From positions 1,324 through 65,323 of the forward strand of contig DVOI01000040.1 in NCBI GenBank assembly GCA_018713665.1: a stretch of 64,000 bases of DNA, written 5' to 3'. Below, piece by piece: positions 6,984-16,520 of this stretch. A program made the translations under genes and the position numbers. The stretch is from Candidatus Ornithoclostridium faecigallinarum (GTDB taxonomy: Bacteria > Bacillota > Clostridia > Christensenellales > UBA3700). Numbering within the stretch: position 1 is the first letter of the stretch; the number at the start of each line of letters is the position of its first letter. The notes beneath the pieces were generated by a model that did no database searches, was not told where the DNA came from, and worked only from the letters and a program-made list of their open reading frames with translations.

Positions 6984-9698
6984 TTATCTCGCAATGTTGA
7001 AGGTCACCGTCTTTTCGCCCGCCTTTCTGAACTTGAGCGTTTCGCTCTGTCCGGACAGACCGCAGGTGACGACAATCGTCTGCGCCTTTTCGGAAGATAT
7101 CGTCGCGGTGACCGTGCCTGTGGCAAGCGACCACGTCATATCGGTGAGCACCGCATTCGACTTCAATCTGATACCCGAGATCCTTCCGGAGTCGAATCCG
7201 CTGAGCGGCAGCGCGGGCAGCAACTGTACCGCGCCCGGCTTTGCATAGACAAGGCTTTCGTTGATTATGCCTACATAGCCTATCGCAAAGTCGGTGCAAT
7301 AGCCGCTGGACGCGTCGGTGTGGTGATTTGTCATCAAAGAGTCGTAATAGATGTTGCTGTGCATCAATCCCTCGAGAGCCTCGGTGACGATCTCGGCGCT
7401 CTCCAACTTTGCTCCGATCAGCGCGCGGTGGACGAGCGCGTGGCTCGCCTCGTTTTCGGACGCGCGAATGTCGACCGCCTTGAGCGCAGCGTCGCGAAGC
7501 TCGGGATCGTCCTTGGTCATGTCGACCGGCCACGCGCAATAAAGGTGGCTGAGGTGGCGGTGCGAGTTGTTCTCTTCAAAGTCATAGCAAGCCCACTCTT
7601 TGAGCGCGCCGTCCTCGGTCAGGAGGGGCGGCAGCTTTTCGGCAAGCGCGTCCCACCTCGACGTGTCGACGGACGGGTTGATTGACCTTGCGACGTCTTT
7701 GAGCATCTCGATTGCGCTGAGGCATGCGGCAATGTCGACCGCCGAGTTCGCCGCCGCAGGCGAAGGATAGTTCGAAGGAGTGTTCTCGGGCGAATAGGAC
7801 GGGATGATGCAATAGGTCTCCCCCTCGCCGAGCGAAGTCTTGCCCTCCTCGTAGTGTATGTTGCCGTTCGCGTCGGTGTAGTATTCCGGCGTCAGCAATT
7901 GTTCCCAATAGTTGAAGTTCTTGAGCAGGAGCGGATACAAAATCTCCGTCTTGAGGTCGAGATATCCCTTCGATTTTATCGCTTCAATCTGCGCGTCGGT
8001 GAGGTCGGTCGCGCTCGTCGACAGCACCGACTTCAAAGCGTTCAAATCAAACTCTGTCGACACGGGCACGGAAATTTCGCCCCAACTCTGCAACGCCTCG
8101 TAGAGGGGCAGCAGCAGCCATGACGCGCCTGCGTTCCAATAGCGGAAGGGATAGGGATAGCAGCTTTCGGACATCAACGCCATGTCGCCGTCGCTGTTGA
8201 CGGGAGCCTGTATCGCGTCGGTATAGCCGTGCGTCGCCATCGCGTTGCTCTCCCAATCGTCAGCCTGTCGCAAGATGAAGTTGGCGTATCCTATCGGAGC
8301 CTCGGCGATGTTCGACGAATTGAGAGCGGAAACCTGCAAGTTGACGTTGGCGTCCATCGTGTACTTTGACCCCCAAGACGGCGCCCACTCGCCCGTCCAC
8401 ATGCCGTAAAGCCTGGGCGCGGCGCCTGTCGAGCTGCAAATCTGCGCGTATCTGCCCGAATAGTAAGCCTTTTGCGCAAGCGATGAGTCGATGCCGTCGG
8501 CAGGCTTGAGCAAATCCATCGCGCTCGGGAACAGGGACTCGTTTGCCGCGGTCGTGCCGCCGATGTCGAACGTGACCGCGTCGTATTGCGGCGTATAGAT
8601 TTCGGCGTGCGCGACGAGCGCCGCATGATAGTCAAAGCCGTCCTTTGTCGTATATTTGTCCGCAACAGCCTTGACCTTGGCGGCGAGAGACTGCGCCAAG
8701 TCGGTGTTTTCGGGCGCGGAGACGTCGCCCGTCAAGTTGTACGTCCTGTCCGAAACGGTGATGACATAGACGTCGGACGCGCCCTCAATCACGAGATTGA
8801 AATCGTTGTCGTCAACGTATTGGCTCTCGGACGGAGCCGCCTTGGAGACCACCTCTCGCGTGCCGCCCTCTGCAATCACATAGCTGACGGTCGCATAGCC
8901 GCCGTTCTTCAACTCGCTGTCTTCGTAACCCTCGCCGTCTTGGTAGTGAACGACGTAATACATATATTCGCCGTCGCCCGGCGCCGACTTGCCGTATCTC
9001 AAATCGTTTTGCGGCCCCGAGCGATCCATCTCGCCTATCGCGTAGGCGGACAGGTTGTCGTACGAAAGCGTCACGTCGACCGGCGTACCCGTGCTTGACG
9101 AGCCGATGTGAGTGATTGTCACGTCGTCGGCGAACGAAGTGAAAGTCTGCCGCTCCCACTCGCCGCCCGCGTCGGTATAGCGCACCCCGACGCGCGCGCT
9201 GCGATAGTCTGTGTAGCGCATATAGCCGCTCTCGCTGCCCTCGTCGCGCGTGATGCGCAGCGTCGCGGCGGGATGATAGTCGTACACATCGAGATAGGGT
9301 TGATCGTCTGTGATGTCCTTGCCCTCGACGATGTTTTGACGCACCGTCTCAAGCTCGTCCGCGGTGTCGAACGCGTCGTTGCTGCGCGGATTCTTGTTTG
9401 GCAAAATGAAATGTATGTTTTGGAAGATGATCGTGTCCGAATAGGGCGACCCTGCAATGACCGCGCCCTGAACGCCGTTGCCCGTGACCATACCGTCGCG
9501 CCAAAGGCTGCGGTTGCCGTGCGAAGGCGAACCGAGCTGAGTGTATTTGTAAGAATATGACGACGTGGCGTTCGGCTCAAATCTCTTTTCCAAAAACGAC
9601 GAATCGAACTCCTCTTTGTCTCTGCAGCCGGCGGCGGCGAAACACACCACACACAACGTCAATGCGATCAAGACGACCGCCAAAACTTTTTTCCTCAT
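6984..9698 (-). CDS. Glycoside hydrolase family 95-like (alpha-L-fucosidase type) lipoprotein
   Basis: Signal peptide plus lipobox (VCFAAAGC). The GH95 N-terminal pattern is LWRDGMVTGNGVQGAVIAGSPYSDTIIFQN, and HRHLSHLYCAWP is in the catalytic region. Confidence 0.8.
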   Translation of the reverse strand: MRKKVLAVVLIALTLCVVCFAAAGCRDKEEFDSSFLEKRFEPNATSSYSYKYTQLGSPSHGNRSLWRDGMVTGNGVQGAVIAGSPYSDTIIFQNIHFILPNKNPRSNDAFDTADELETVRQNIVEGKDITDDQPYLDVYDYHPAATLRITRDEGSESGYMRYTDYRSARVGVRYTDAGGEWERQTFTSFADDVTITHIGSSSTGTPVDVTLSYDNLSAYAIGEMDRSGPQNDLRYGKSAPGDGEYMYYVVHYQDGEGYEDSELKNGGYATVSYVIAEGGTREVVSKAAPSESQYVDDNDFNLVIEGASDVYVITVSDRTYNLTGDVSAPENTDLAQSLAAKVKAVADKYTTKDGFDYHAALVAHAEIYTPQYDAVTFDIGGTTAANESLFPSAMDLLKPADGIDSSLAQKAYYSGRYAQICSSTGAAPRLYGMWTGEWAPSWGSKYTMDANVNLQVSALNSSNIAEAPIGYANFILRQADDWESNAMATHGYTDAIQAPVNSDGDMALMSESCYPYPFRYWNAGASWLLLPLYEALQSWGEISVPVSTEFDLNALKSVLSTSATDLTDAQIEAIKSKGYLDLKTEILYPLLLKNFNYWEQLLTPEYYTDANGNIHYEEGKTSLGEGETYCIIPSYSPENTPSNYPSPAAANSAVDIAACLSAIEMLKDVARSINPSVDTSRWDALAEKLPPLLTEDGALKEWACYDFEENNSHRHLSHLYCAWPVDMTKDDPELRDAALKAVDIRASENEASHALVHRALIGAKLESAEIVTEALEGLMHSNIYYDSLMTNHHTDASSGYCTDFAIGYVGIINESLVYAKPGAVQLLPALPLSGFDSGRISGIRLKSNAVLTDMTWSLATGTVTATISSEKAQTIVVTCGLSGQSETLKFRKAGEKTVTFNIAR

Positions 9699-9843
9699 AA
9701 TTCCCTCGTTAAGCGTGACAAAGTACGCGGTTTTCCTTGTATTTATGATACCATATCCGCCGCATTGCGGTCAAGCGCCGCGCATATTATTGCGCGCATA
9801 TAAAGAGCGCGCCCGAAGGCGCGCCGCAGCAATGTCATTGCGT

Positions 9844-10872
9844 TCAGAGTTTGTCCGCGACGTCGAGAAGCAATCTCTCCGTCTTTTCCCAGCCGAGACA
9901 CGGATCGGTGACCGACTTGCCGTACTCGCATCCTGTGACGGGCTGGGCGCCGTCCTCGATGTAACTCTCGATGAGAAAGCCGCGGACGTAGCGGCGTATG
10001 CGGTCGTTGTGGCGTATGTTGTCGACGACCTCTTTGACGATGCGAATCTGTTCGATGTAATTTTTGCCGCTGTTGCTGTGATTGGTGTCGACGATGACCG
10101 CAGGATTTTTCAACCCCTGCTTTTTGTACATATCGATGAACCGCATCAAATCCTCATAGTGATAGTTGGGGATGTTGTTGCCGTACACGTCCACGCTGCC
10201 GCGCAAGATTGCGTGCGCATAGGGATTGCCATCGGTGCGGACTTGGCAGGTGCGATACTTGAACTCGTTGGCTATCTGCGCCGCATAAATCGAGTTGAGC
10301 GTGACGGGAAAGCTGCCGTTCATCGGGTTTTTTATGCCGCAGGGGATGTCGACGCCGCTCGCGACCAATCTGTGCTGCTGGTCTTCGGACGAACGCGCGC
10401 CGACCGCAACATAGGTCAAGAGGTCGTCGAGATAGACGTGATTCTCGGGATAGAGCATCTCGTCTGCGGCGGAAAGTCCGCTCTCGGCAATCGCCCTGAT
10501 GTGCATCTTGCGCAGCGCGATGATGCCGGCTTGAATGTCCGTCTCGTTCTTGTGCGGATCGGGATTGTGCAATATCCCCTTGTAGCCCTCGCCCTTTGTG
10601 CGCGGCTTGTTGGTGTATATGCGTGGAATGACAAAAATCTTTTCCTTGATCTTTTCGGCAAGCCCGGCAAGGCGGTGCACATAGTCGCAGACCGCCGGTT
10701 CGTTGTCCGCCGAGCACGGTCCGACGATGACCATCAATCTCTTGTCGTCACCGCGCAGAATCGCCTTCGCCTCTTCGTCGCGGCGCGCCTTGATCGCGGC
10801 AATCTGCGGCGTGACGGGCTCGAGCTGCTTGATCTCCTCGGACGACATAATCTGTTTGACCTTGACGAACAT
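9844..10872 (-). CDS. 3-deoxy-7-phosphoheptulonate (DAHP) synthase, class I
   Basis: LMVIVGPCSADNEP and RIYTNKPRTKGEGYKGI are typical of class I DAHP synthase. The start lies 1 nt after the copA stop, with SD GGAGG inside the copA 3' end. Confidence 0.88.
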   Translation of the reverse strand: MFVKVKQIMSSEEIKQLEPVTPQIAAIKARRDEEAKAILRGDDKRLMVIVGPCSADNEPAVCDYVHRLAGLAEKIKEKIFVIPRIYTNKPRTKGEGYKGILHNPDPHKNETDIQAGIIALRKMHIRAIAESGLSAADEMLYPENHVYLDDLLTYVAVGARSSEDQQHRLVASGVDIPCGIKNPMNGSFPVTLNSIYAAQIANEFKYRTCQVRTDGNPYAHAILRGSVDVYGNNIPNYHYEDLMRFIDMYKKQGLKNPAVIVDTNHSNSGKNYIEQIRIVKEVVDNIRHNDRIRRYVRGFLIESYIEDGAQPVTGCEYGKSVTDPCLGWEKTERLLLDVADKL

Positions 10873-10873
10873 A

Positions 10874-13381
10874 TCACGCCTCCGCTTCGTAACCTGCGTC
10901 CTCGATCGCCTTGACTATGTCTGCAAGCGCAACCTCGCCGCTCAAAGTGACGACGGCAGCGGCGGCGTCCTTGTCCGCCTTGCAATCCGCGACGCCCGGC
11001 AAAGCCTTGACGGCGTCCGCGACGTGCTTTTCGCAATGGGCGCACATCATGCCCTTGACCTTGACTGTAATCGTTTTCATCTCTTCCTCCTCCGCGACGG
11101 GGCATGCGTTGCAGGCGCATGCGGCGCGGTTTTGCGTATCTTTGATTATACTTGTTTTTTCCGCGTTTTTCAACCGTTTGGGCTTGAACAAACTCAATCT
11201 CAGCGCATTGAGCACGACGCTGACCGACGACAGGCTCATCGCGAGCGCCGCAATCATCGGATCGAGCAGCGGACCGCCCAGCGCATAGACGACGCCGGCG
11301 GCGAACGGTATGCCCAAGATGTTGTAGATGAACGCCCAAAACAGGTTCTCCTTGATGTTGCGCACGGTCGCCCTGCCGAGCTCGATTGCATACGCCGCGC
11401 CGCAGACGTCGCCGCCGACAAGCACTACGTCCGCGCTCTCGACCGCGATGTCGCTGCCCTCGCCTATCGCTATGCCCACATCCGCGCTCGTCAACGCCGG
11501 CGCGTCGTTGATGCCGTCACCGACCATCGCGACCTTTGCGCCGCCCTTTATCAACTCGGTCACCTTGTCCGCCTTGTCGCCCGGCAGCACCTCGGCGATC
11601 GTCTCGTCTATCCCCGCCTCGCGCGCGATCGCACGCGCCGTCGCGGCGTTGTCGCCGGTCAGCATGATCGTCTTGACGTGCCCGGCGCGCAAGTCCTCGA
11701 TCAATTCCTTTGCGCCTCTCTTCAAACCGTCGGCGAGCGAAACGACGCCGATCGCCCTGCCGTCGTATGCGGCGGCGACCACGCTCGCCCCGTCCGCGTA
11801 GGCGCGCTCCAAAGCCGCCCTTATCGGCGCGATGTCCACGCCCTCGCTCTCCAAAAACGCCTGCTTGCCGCAAATCAAAGTCTTGCCGTCGACGACAGCC
11901 TTCATGCCGTGTCCTCCTACGTTCTCCGCGCTGTCCGCAACGCGCACTTTCGCGCCGCTCGCGTCCGCATATTCGGTCACCGCCCTGGCGAGCGGATGCG
12001 CGCTCAAACGCTCGGCTGACGCACACAGACTCAAAAATTCGCTCTCGTCGCCGACGGCGAAGACCTCTTTGATTTTGGGTATGCCTTCGGTCACCGTGCC
12101 CGTCTTGTCGAGCACGACGGTGTCGATGTGAGCGCAACGCTCCAACGCCTCCGCACTCTTAAACAATATGCCTATCTTCGCGCCCGCGCCGCTGCCGGTG
12201 ATGATCGCCGTCGGGGTCGCAAGCCCGAGCGCGCACGGGCACGCGATCGTCAATACGGAAACGAACACCTTGATGACGAACGCGCTGTCCTCGCCGACCG
12301 CCGCCCACACTATCGCCGCGAGCACCGCGACCGCCATGACGGACGGGACAAAGACCTTGCTGACCTTGTCGGCGAGTTTGGCGATGGGCGCCTTGCTGTT
12401 CTGCGCGCTCTCGACCAGCTTGATTATCTTGCTGAGCATTGTGTCCGCCCCGACCGACGTCGCGCGGAATTTGAGCGTCCCGTCCCCGTTGACGGTACCG
12501 CCGATCACGCGGTCGCCGACCGTCTTGTCGACGGGCAGGCTCTCGCCTGTCAGCATACTTTCTTGCACCGCGCTCTCGCCCTCTATGACCTCGCCGTCAC
12601 AGCAAAAGCTCTCGCCCGCTCTGACCAGCACGATGTCGCCTGCGACGACCTCCTGTGCGTCCACCTTGACGAAATCGCCGTCCCGTAGCACCGTCGCCTC
12701 TTTGGGCGCGAGCATAGTCAATTTGGAGATCGCCTCGCCCGTCTTGGCGAGCGCGCGGTGTTCGAGATATTTCCCGAGCGAGATCAGCGCGAGTATCACC
12801 GCCGCCGACTCGAAATAGAGGTTGTGCACCGCGTGCGCGTCGCCCATACAGACGAGCGCGAAACCGTATACGCTGTACGCAAACGCCGCGGTCGTGCTGA
12901 GCGCGACGAGCGAATCCATGTTGGGATCGAGACGGAACAGATTGCGATATCCGCGAAAATAGATTTGATAGCTGACAGCCATCACGGGCACGCACAGGCA
13001 GATCTGCACGACCGCGAACACGACCGGATTGCCGTCCGGCGAGATCGCGTCCGGATAGGGCACGCCAATCATCGGCAGCATCGCCCAAAGCAACAATGCG
13101 AGCCCCAAAACGATGCGGACGATCGCGAACACAAGGTCGCGGTCGACCTTGACCGCCGCCCTCTTTTCCTCGGCAAACTCGGCGGCATATCCCGCCTTTT
13201 GGACGGCTTGCGCAAGTGCGGCGACATCCACCTTGGACTCGTCGTACTCGACGACCGCCTTGCCGCTGGCGAAGTTGACGTCCGCCCTGCTCACCCCGTC
13301 GAGTTTGAGCAACGCGCGCTGACAGCTCGCGCTGCACACGACGCAGCTCATGCCCTTGATGTTGAAAATTATGCTCTTCAT
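10874..13381 (-). CDS. copA: Copper-translocating P1B-type ATPase with an N-terminal and an extra C-terminal HMA domain
   Basis: N-terminal GMSCVVC, then CPC ([11 protein letters not shown]), DKTGT and GDGINDAP. The C-terminal 70 aa form a CopZ-like domain ([14 protein letters not shown]) after [11 protein letters not shown]. Confidence 0.92.
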   Translation of the reverse strand: MKSIIFNIKGMSCVVCSASCQRALLKLDGVSRADVNFASGKAVVEYDESKVDVAALAQAVQKAGYAAEFAEEKRAAVKVDRDLVFAIVRIVLGLALLLWAMLPMIGVPYPDAISPDGNPVVFAVVQICLCVPVMAVSYQIYFRGYRNLFRLDPNMDSLVALSTTAAFAYSVYGFALVCMGDAHAVHNLYFESAAVILALISLGKYLEHRALAKTGEAISKLTMLAPKEATVLRDGDFVKVDAQEVVAGDIVLVRAGESFCCDGEVIEGESAVQESMLTGESLPVDKTVGDRVIGGTVNGDGTLKFRATSVGADTMLSKIIKLVESAQNSKAPIAKLADKVSKVFVPSVMAVAVLAAIVWAAVGEDSAFVIKVFVSVLTIACPCALGLATPTAIITGSGAGAKIGILFKSAEALERCAHIDTVVLDKTGTVTEGIPKIKEVFAVGDESEFLSLCASAERLSAHPLARAVTEYADASGAKVRVADSAENVGGHGMKAVVDGKTLICGKQAFLESEGVDIAPIRAALERAYADGASVVAAAYDGRAIGVVSLADGLKRGAKELIEDLRAGHVKTIMLTGDNAATARAIAREAGIDETIAEVLPGDKADKVTELIKGGAKVAMVGDGINDAPALTSADVGIAIGEGSDIAVESADVVLVGGDVCGAAYAIELGRATVRNIKENLFWAFIYNILGIPFAAGVVYALGGPLLDPMIAALAMSLSSVSVVLNALRLSLFKPKRLKNAEKTSIIKDTQNRAACACNACPVAEEEEMKTITVKVKGMMCAHCEKHVADAVKALPGVADCKADKDAAAAVVTLSGEVALADIVKAIEDAGYEAEA

Positions 13382-13418
13382 GCAATCCCTATCAAAATAG
13401 TAGACTTTGTTTGCTTAT

Positions 13419-13447
13419 ATATTATCACTCGGCTGCGTCTTTGTCAA
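13419..13447 (-). promoter_or_regulatory. Sigma-A type promoter of copA
   Basis: Reverse strand reads TTGACA (13447-13442), 17 nt, TAATAT (13424-13419). Confidence 0.5.
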
Positions 13448-13561
13448 GGATTTGCCCCGGGCGACGACTACATACACTCCTCTTTCGCGCATTTCCATCG
13501 CCGCTTTGACGCGAGGCGTCGCGGCGGCGTTCGGTCGCCTCTCTTCCGCCCGCCGGGCACG

Positions 13562-13588
13562 AAAAAACCGCCGTGTCGCCACGGCGGT
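13562..13588 (-). terminator. Rho-independent terminator ending the long sugar operon
   Basis: On the reverse strand, stem ACCGCCGTG/CACGGCGGT is followed by TTTTTT. Confidence 0.75.
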
Positions 13589-13601
13589 CTTTCGGAAAAC
13601 G

Positions 13602-14852
13602 TCAATCTATGTTCGGCACCGCGAACTCCTCGCCCTCTTCGGGATAGACAAAGTCTATGACGAGATGGGTGTTGTCGAACACGTCCGCTTTGAGCTCGAG
13701 CGTGGCGTCGATCGCGTTCTTTTCGGTGTAGTAAGGCATGATGCGCTCGGTGTAGAAGTCGATCTGCTCAAGCCTCTTGTGCTTGTTGTTGTAGTCGTAG
13801 GTGTAGCGAGCGGTGTCCATCGCGCCGATCTTGTTCCAATTGTAGATGATGTCCTCGCCGAAGCCTTCCCAATAGCCGCCCTTTTCCGCGATGCGGAGCG
13901 AATCGTCAAAGTAGGCATTCAGCTCGCTCTGCCAGATCCAAAGCTCCTCGTCGAGCGCGGACAGGTACTCCTGCACTGCCGCCGGATCTGCGGTGGTCGG
14001 CACCGTGGGAGCGTTGAACTCGGGCGTCGTCTCGGGCAAGCCGTACACCGTCCTGTACTGCGCCTGCATGACGTGGGTGTAGATCTTGTTGCCGTCGGAG
14101 AAGCCGACCAGATCGTCCGAGCTGAACTCGGCGTCGTGCACGCCGTATTGCTCGAGCAGCTCAATGCCGTCGGCGATGAGACCGACCGAAGACGTCTCGC
14201 CGTTGACGCTCATGGCAGTCGCGCCGTCCTTGGTGCGCACCTCGGTCACGGTCACGCCGTCGATGGTCGCCTTGATCGTGTCGTATCTGTACTTGTTCGC
14301 GTCGCTCTCAGCCGCGCTCGTCTCGAGTTCGGCGAGCTTTTCGGAGTCTTCGAGCGCCGCGCGGAAGTCTTCATAGAAGTTCTCCCATACGGGCGCGTAC
14401 ACCGTCATCTCGATGTAGAAGTCGCCGCTGTTGTTCTGGTAGTATTTGACGGTCGCGTATTGGTCGTACCAACCGTTGGACTCCATGCCGAGCGCGTCAA
14501 TCGCCTCCTGCTCCTCGCTCTTGTTGCCGAACAGATCTTCGATGAAGTTGTTGTCGGGAGCGAAGGAGTCGTACAGCTCGTTGTACTCCTTCTCGAACTG
14601 ATCCCAGCCCTTGTCCTCGGTCGTGCCGCGATCCATCGCCGCGTTGAAGTGACGTTCGATCGAGAACTCGGCGGAGAATTGCGCCTTTTTGAGGTTGGCG
14701 AGGATGTCGACGTACTTGGTGTTAAATTCCTCAACGCCGTCTTTGATCTCGGTGAAGAACTCCTCTTCGCTCTGCGAGCAGCCTGCGAACATTGTCGCCA
14801 AAATGCACACGGTCATGACCGTCGCTATGATGATGAGAATTTTCTTTTTCAT
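13602..14852 (-). CDS. Hypothetical lipoprotein (416 aa), last gene of the operon
   Basis: MKKKILIIIATVMTVCILATMFAGC signal peptide and lipobox. Acidic, Tyr/Trp-rich mature part with no recognised domain. Confidence 0.75.
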   Translation of the reverse strand: MKKKILIIIATVMTVCILATMFAGCSQSEEEFFTEIKDGVEEFNTKYVDILANLKKAQFSAEFSIERHFNAAMDRGTTEDKGWDQFEKEYNELYDSFAPDNNFIEDLFGNKSEEQEAIDALGMESNGWYDQYATVKYYQNNSGDFYIEMTVYAPVWENFYEDFRAALEDSEKLAELETSAAESDANKYRYDTIKATIDGVTVTEVRTKDGATAMSVNGETSSVGLIADGIELLEQYGVHDAEFSSDDLVGFSDGNKIYTHVMQAQYRTVYGLPETTPEFNAPTVPTTADPAAVQEYLSALDEELWIWQSELNAYFDDSLRIAEKGGYWEGFGEDIIYNWNKIGAMDTARYTYDYNNKHKRLEQIDFYTERIMPYYTEKNAIDATLELKADVFDNTHLVIDFVYPEEGEEFAVPNID

Positions 14853-14855
14853 GGC

Positions 14856-16469
14856 TCAGTCCTCCGCTCCGTCGATATGCACGGTGTCTATCGCCACCGC
14901 CTCTTTTGTCTCGGTGACGATGTCGCCGTCGATGACGACCTTGCCGTCCTCCGCGACAGCCTCGCCTTCGGCGGGCGCTTCGCCCTGCTCGGCGGCGAGT
15001 TTCGCCTCATACTCCGCCTTGCGCTTGTGCGCGAGACGCAGCTCGATCTCCGCCATCTTCTTGCCCGACAGGTTGTAGAACAGCATCGGGACGATGGAGA
15101 CGAGGTTGGTGATCGCCGGAATAATCGTGAAGATCATGAAGATGCCCATCTTGGTGAACTCCGTCTGCGCCGGGGTGTGGTCGTTGAGGAACGCCAGCGG
15201 CTGCGAGAACAGGAAGAACGCGAGCAGCCAAGACAGGAAGTAGTCCTTGAAGCCGGACGAGACCTTGGAACGAAGGCTCATCAGCGAGAAGGTGATGCCC
15301 TCCAATCTCTCGCCCGTCTTGTCTTCCCAATAGTCGAGCGTGTCGGTCGCCATCAAGTGCGGCACGACGTTGAGCACGCCGACCGGCAGCATCGCGACAA
15401 ACATCAACGCGGCGATCAGTATGAAGTTGGTGCCGCCCATCAGGTAGATGAAGAAGATGATCGCAAGCGCAGCCGAGTGCCAAATCGTCGCGAAGATGAA
15501 CAGCTTTTTGGAATCCATCATCCGCTTCAGCCTGGGCGCGAACATCATGCCTATCATCGACGCGATCGCACCGGGCAGGGCGAACGCAATCTGGAGGGAG
15601 CCGTCGTTGTAGATGTATGCGACGACATACATGATCGCGGCGCTTACCAAGTTGCGGAAGAACGTCAACAGGTTGGACAGAATCAGCAACAGGAACGGCT
15701 TGTTCTTGAACATATACTTGAAGCCTTCGAGCAGACTCGGGGTCGTCTCGGTGGGTTCGCACCTCTCCTTGACCCTGATACCGCCCAGCACCATGAACAG
15801 AGGTCCGAGGATGCCGATGATGATCGCGGTGACCATATAGGTGTTGGTGTAGTCGTCGTTGCTGATGAGCAAGCCGATCGAGATGAGCACCAGCGCGGAC
15901 TGCTCGCCGATCGAGCCGAGGATACGGCTGACCGAGATCATCTTGGAGCGCTCGTCCATGTTGGGCGACGCGACCGCGGGGATGCCGTCGAGCGGAACGC
16001 CGACGATGGTACCGGTGATGTCGTACAGTATGTAGGTGATGTACATCCATGCGATCTTGCCGCCGCTCGAGAAGCTCGTGACCGGCAGGAAGAGCATGAT
16101 TGTGACTATCGCCCACGGCACGGCGCCGAGTACGAGGTAGGGTCTCATCTTGCCCCAACGGGTACGCGTCTTGTCGACGATCATGCCCATGACGGGGTCG
16201 TTGAGGCCGTCAAAGATCTTCGTGATCAGGAACATCAAGCCGACGTCCGTCGGAGAGATGCCCACGCAGACCGTGAAGAAGAACAGCAGGTAGCCCTGAA
16301 CGAGACCGGTGACCGCGCTGCTTGCGAATCTCGCGAGCGCGAACAGCACATAGTCCTTTGTCGTCAGGAACTTTTGGTTGATCAGCTTGCTGTCGTCGGC
16401 AGCGGTGTTGTCACCGCCGTCGGGGACGAGCTGATCCAACTCTTGGGTGTTGTCAATCGTGTTTTCCAA
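14856..16469 (-). CDS. Glycoside-pentoside-hexuronide (GPH) family cation symporter
   Basis: GPH signature DGLNDPVMGMIVDKTRTRWGKMRPY and about 12 TM segments. TTG start with SD GGGAGG 7 nt upstream. Charged C-terminal extension. Confidence 0.85.
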   Translation of the reverse strand: MENTIDNTQELDQLVPDGGDNTAADDSKLINQKFLTTKDYVLFALARFASSAVTGLVQGYLLFFFTVCVGISPTDVGLMFLITKIFDGLNDPVMGMIVDKTRTRWGKMRPYLVLGAVPWAIVTIMLFLPVTSFSSGGKIAWMYITYILYDITGTIVGVPLDGIPAVASPNMDERSKMISVSRILGSIGEQSALVLISIGLLISNDDYTNTYMVTAIIIGILGPLFMVLGGIRVKERCEPTETTPSLLEGFKYMFKNKPFLLLILSNLLTFFRNLVSAAIMYVVAYIYNDGSLQIAFALPGAIASMIGMMFAPRLKRMMDSKKLFIFATIWHSAALAIIFFIYLMGGTNFILIAALMFVAMLPVGVLNVVPHLMATDTLDYWEDKTGERLEGITFSLMSLRSKVSSGFKDYFLSWLLAFFLFSQPLAFLNDHTPAQTEFTKMGIFMIFTIIPAITNLVSIVPMLFYNLSGKKMAEIELRLAHKRKAEYEAKLAAEQGEAPAEGEAVAEDGKVVIDGDIVTETKEAVAIDTVHIDGAED

Positions 16470-16520
16470 TTCATAACCTCCCAGTTATCACTTTCCGTGA
16501 GTTTTTTGTTTTGACTTGCG

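Noticed and set aside
13385-13418. CTATCAAAATAG-type dyad upstream of copA as a CsoR/CopY operator
   Set aside because: It does not match the CopY box (TACAnnTGTA) or the GC-rich CsoR dyad. No cognate regulator gene is adjacent, so this is too weak to call.
13407-16514. 1035-aa plus-strand ORF, the longest in the window
   Set aside because: It lies antisense to three well-supported genes (lipoprotein, GPH transporter, GH start). Its translation is Arg/Val/Asp/His/Gly-rich low-complexity sequence typical of the opposite strand of GC3-rich genes, with no SD and no motifs.
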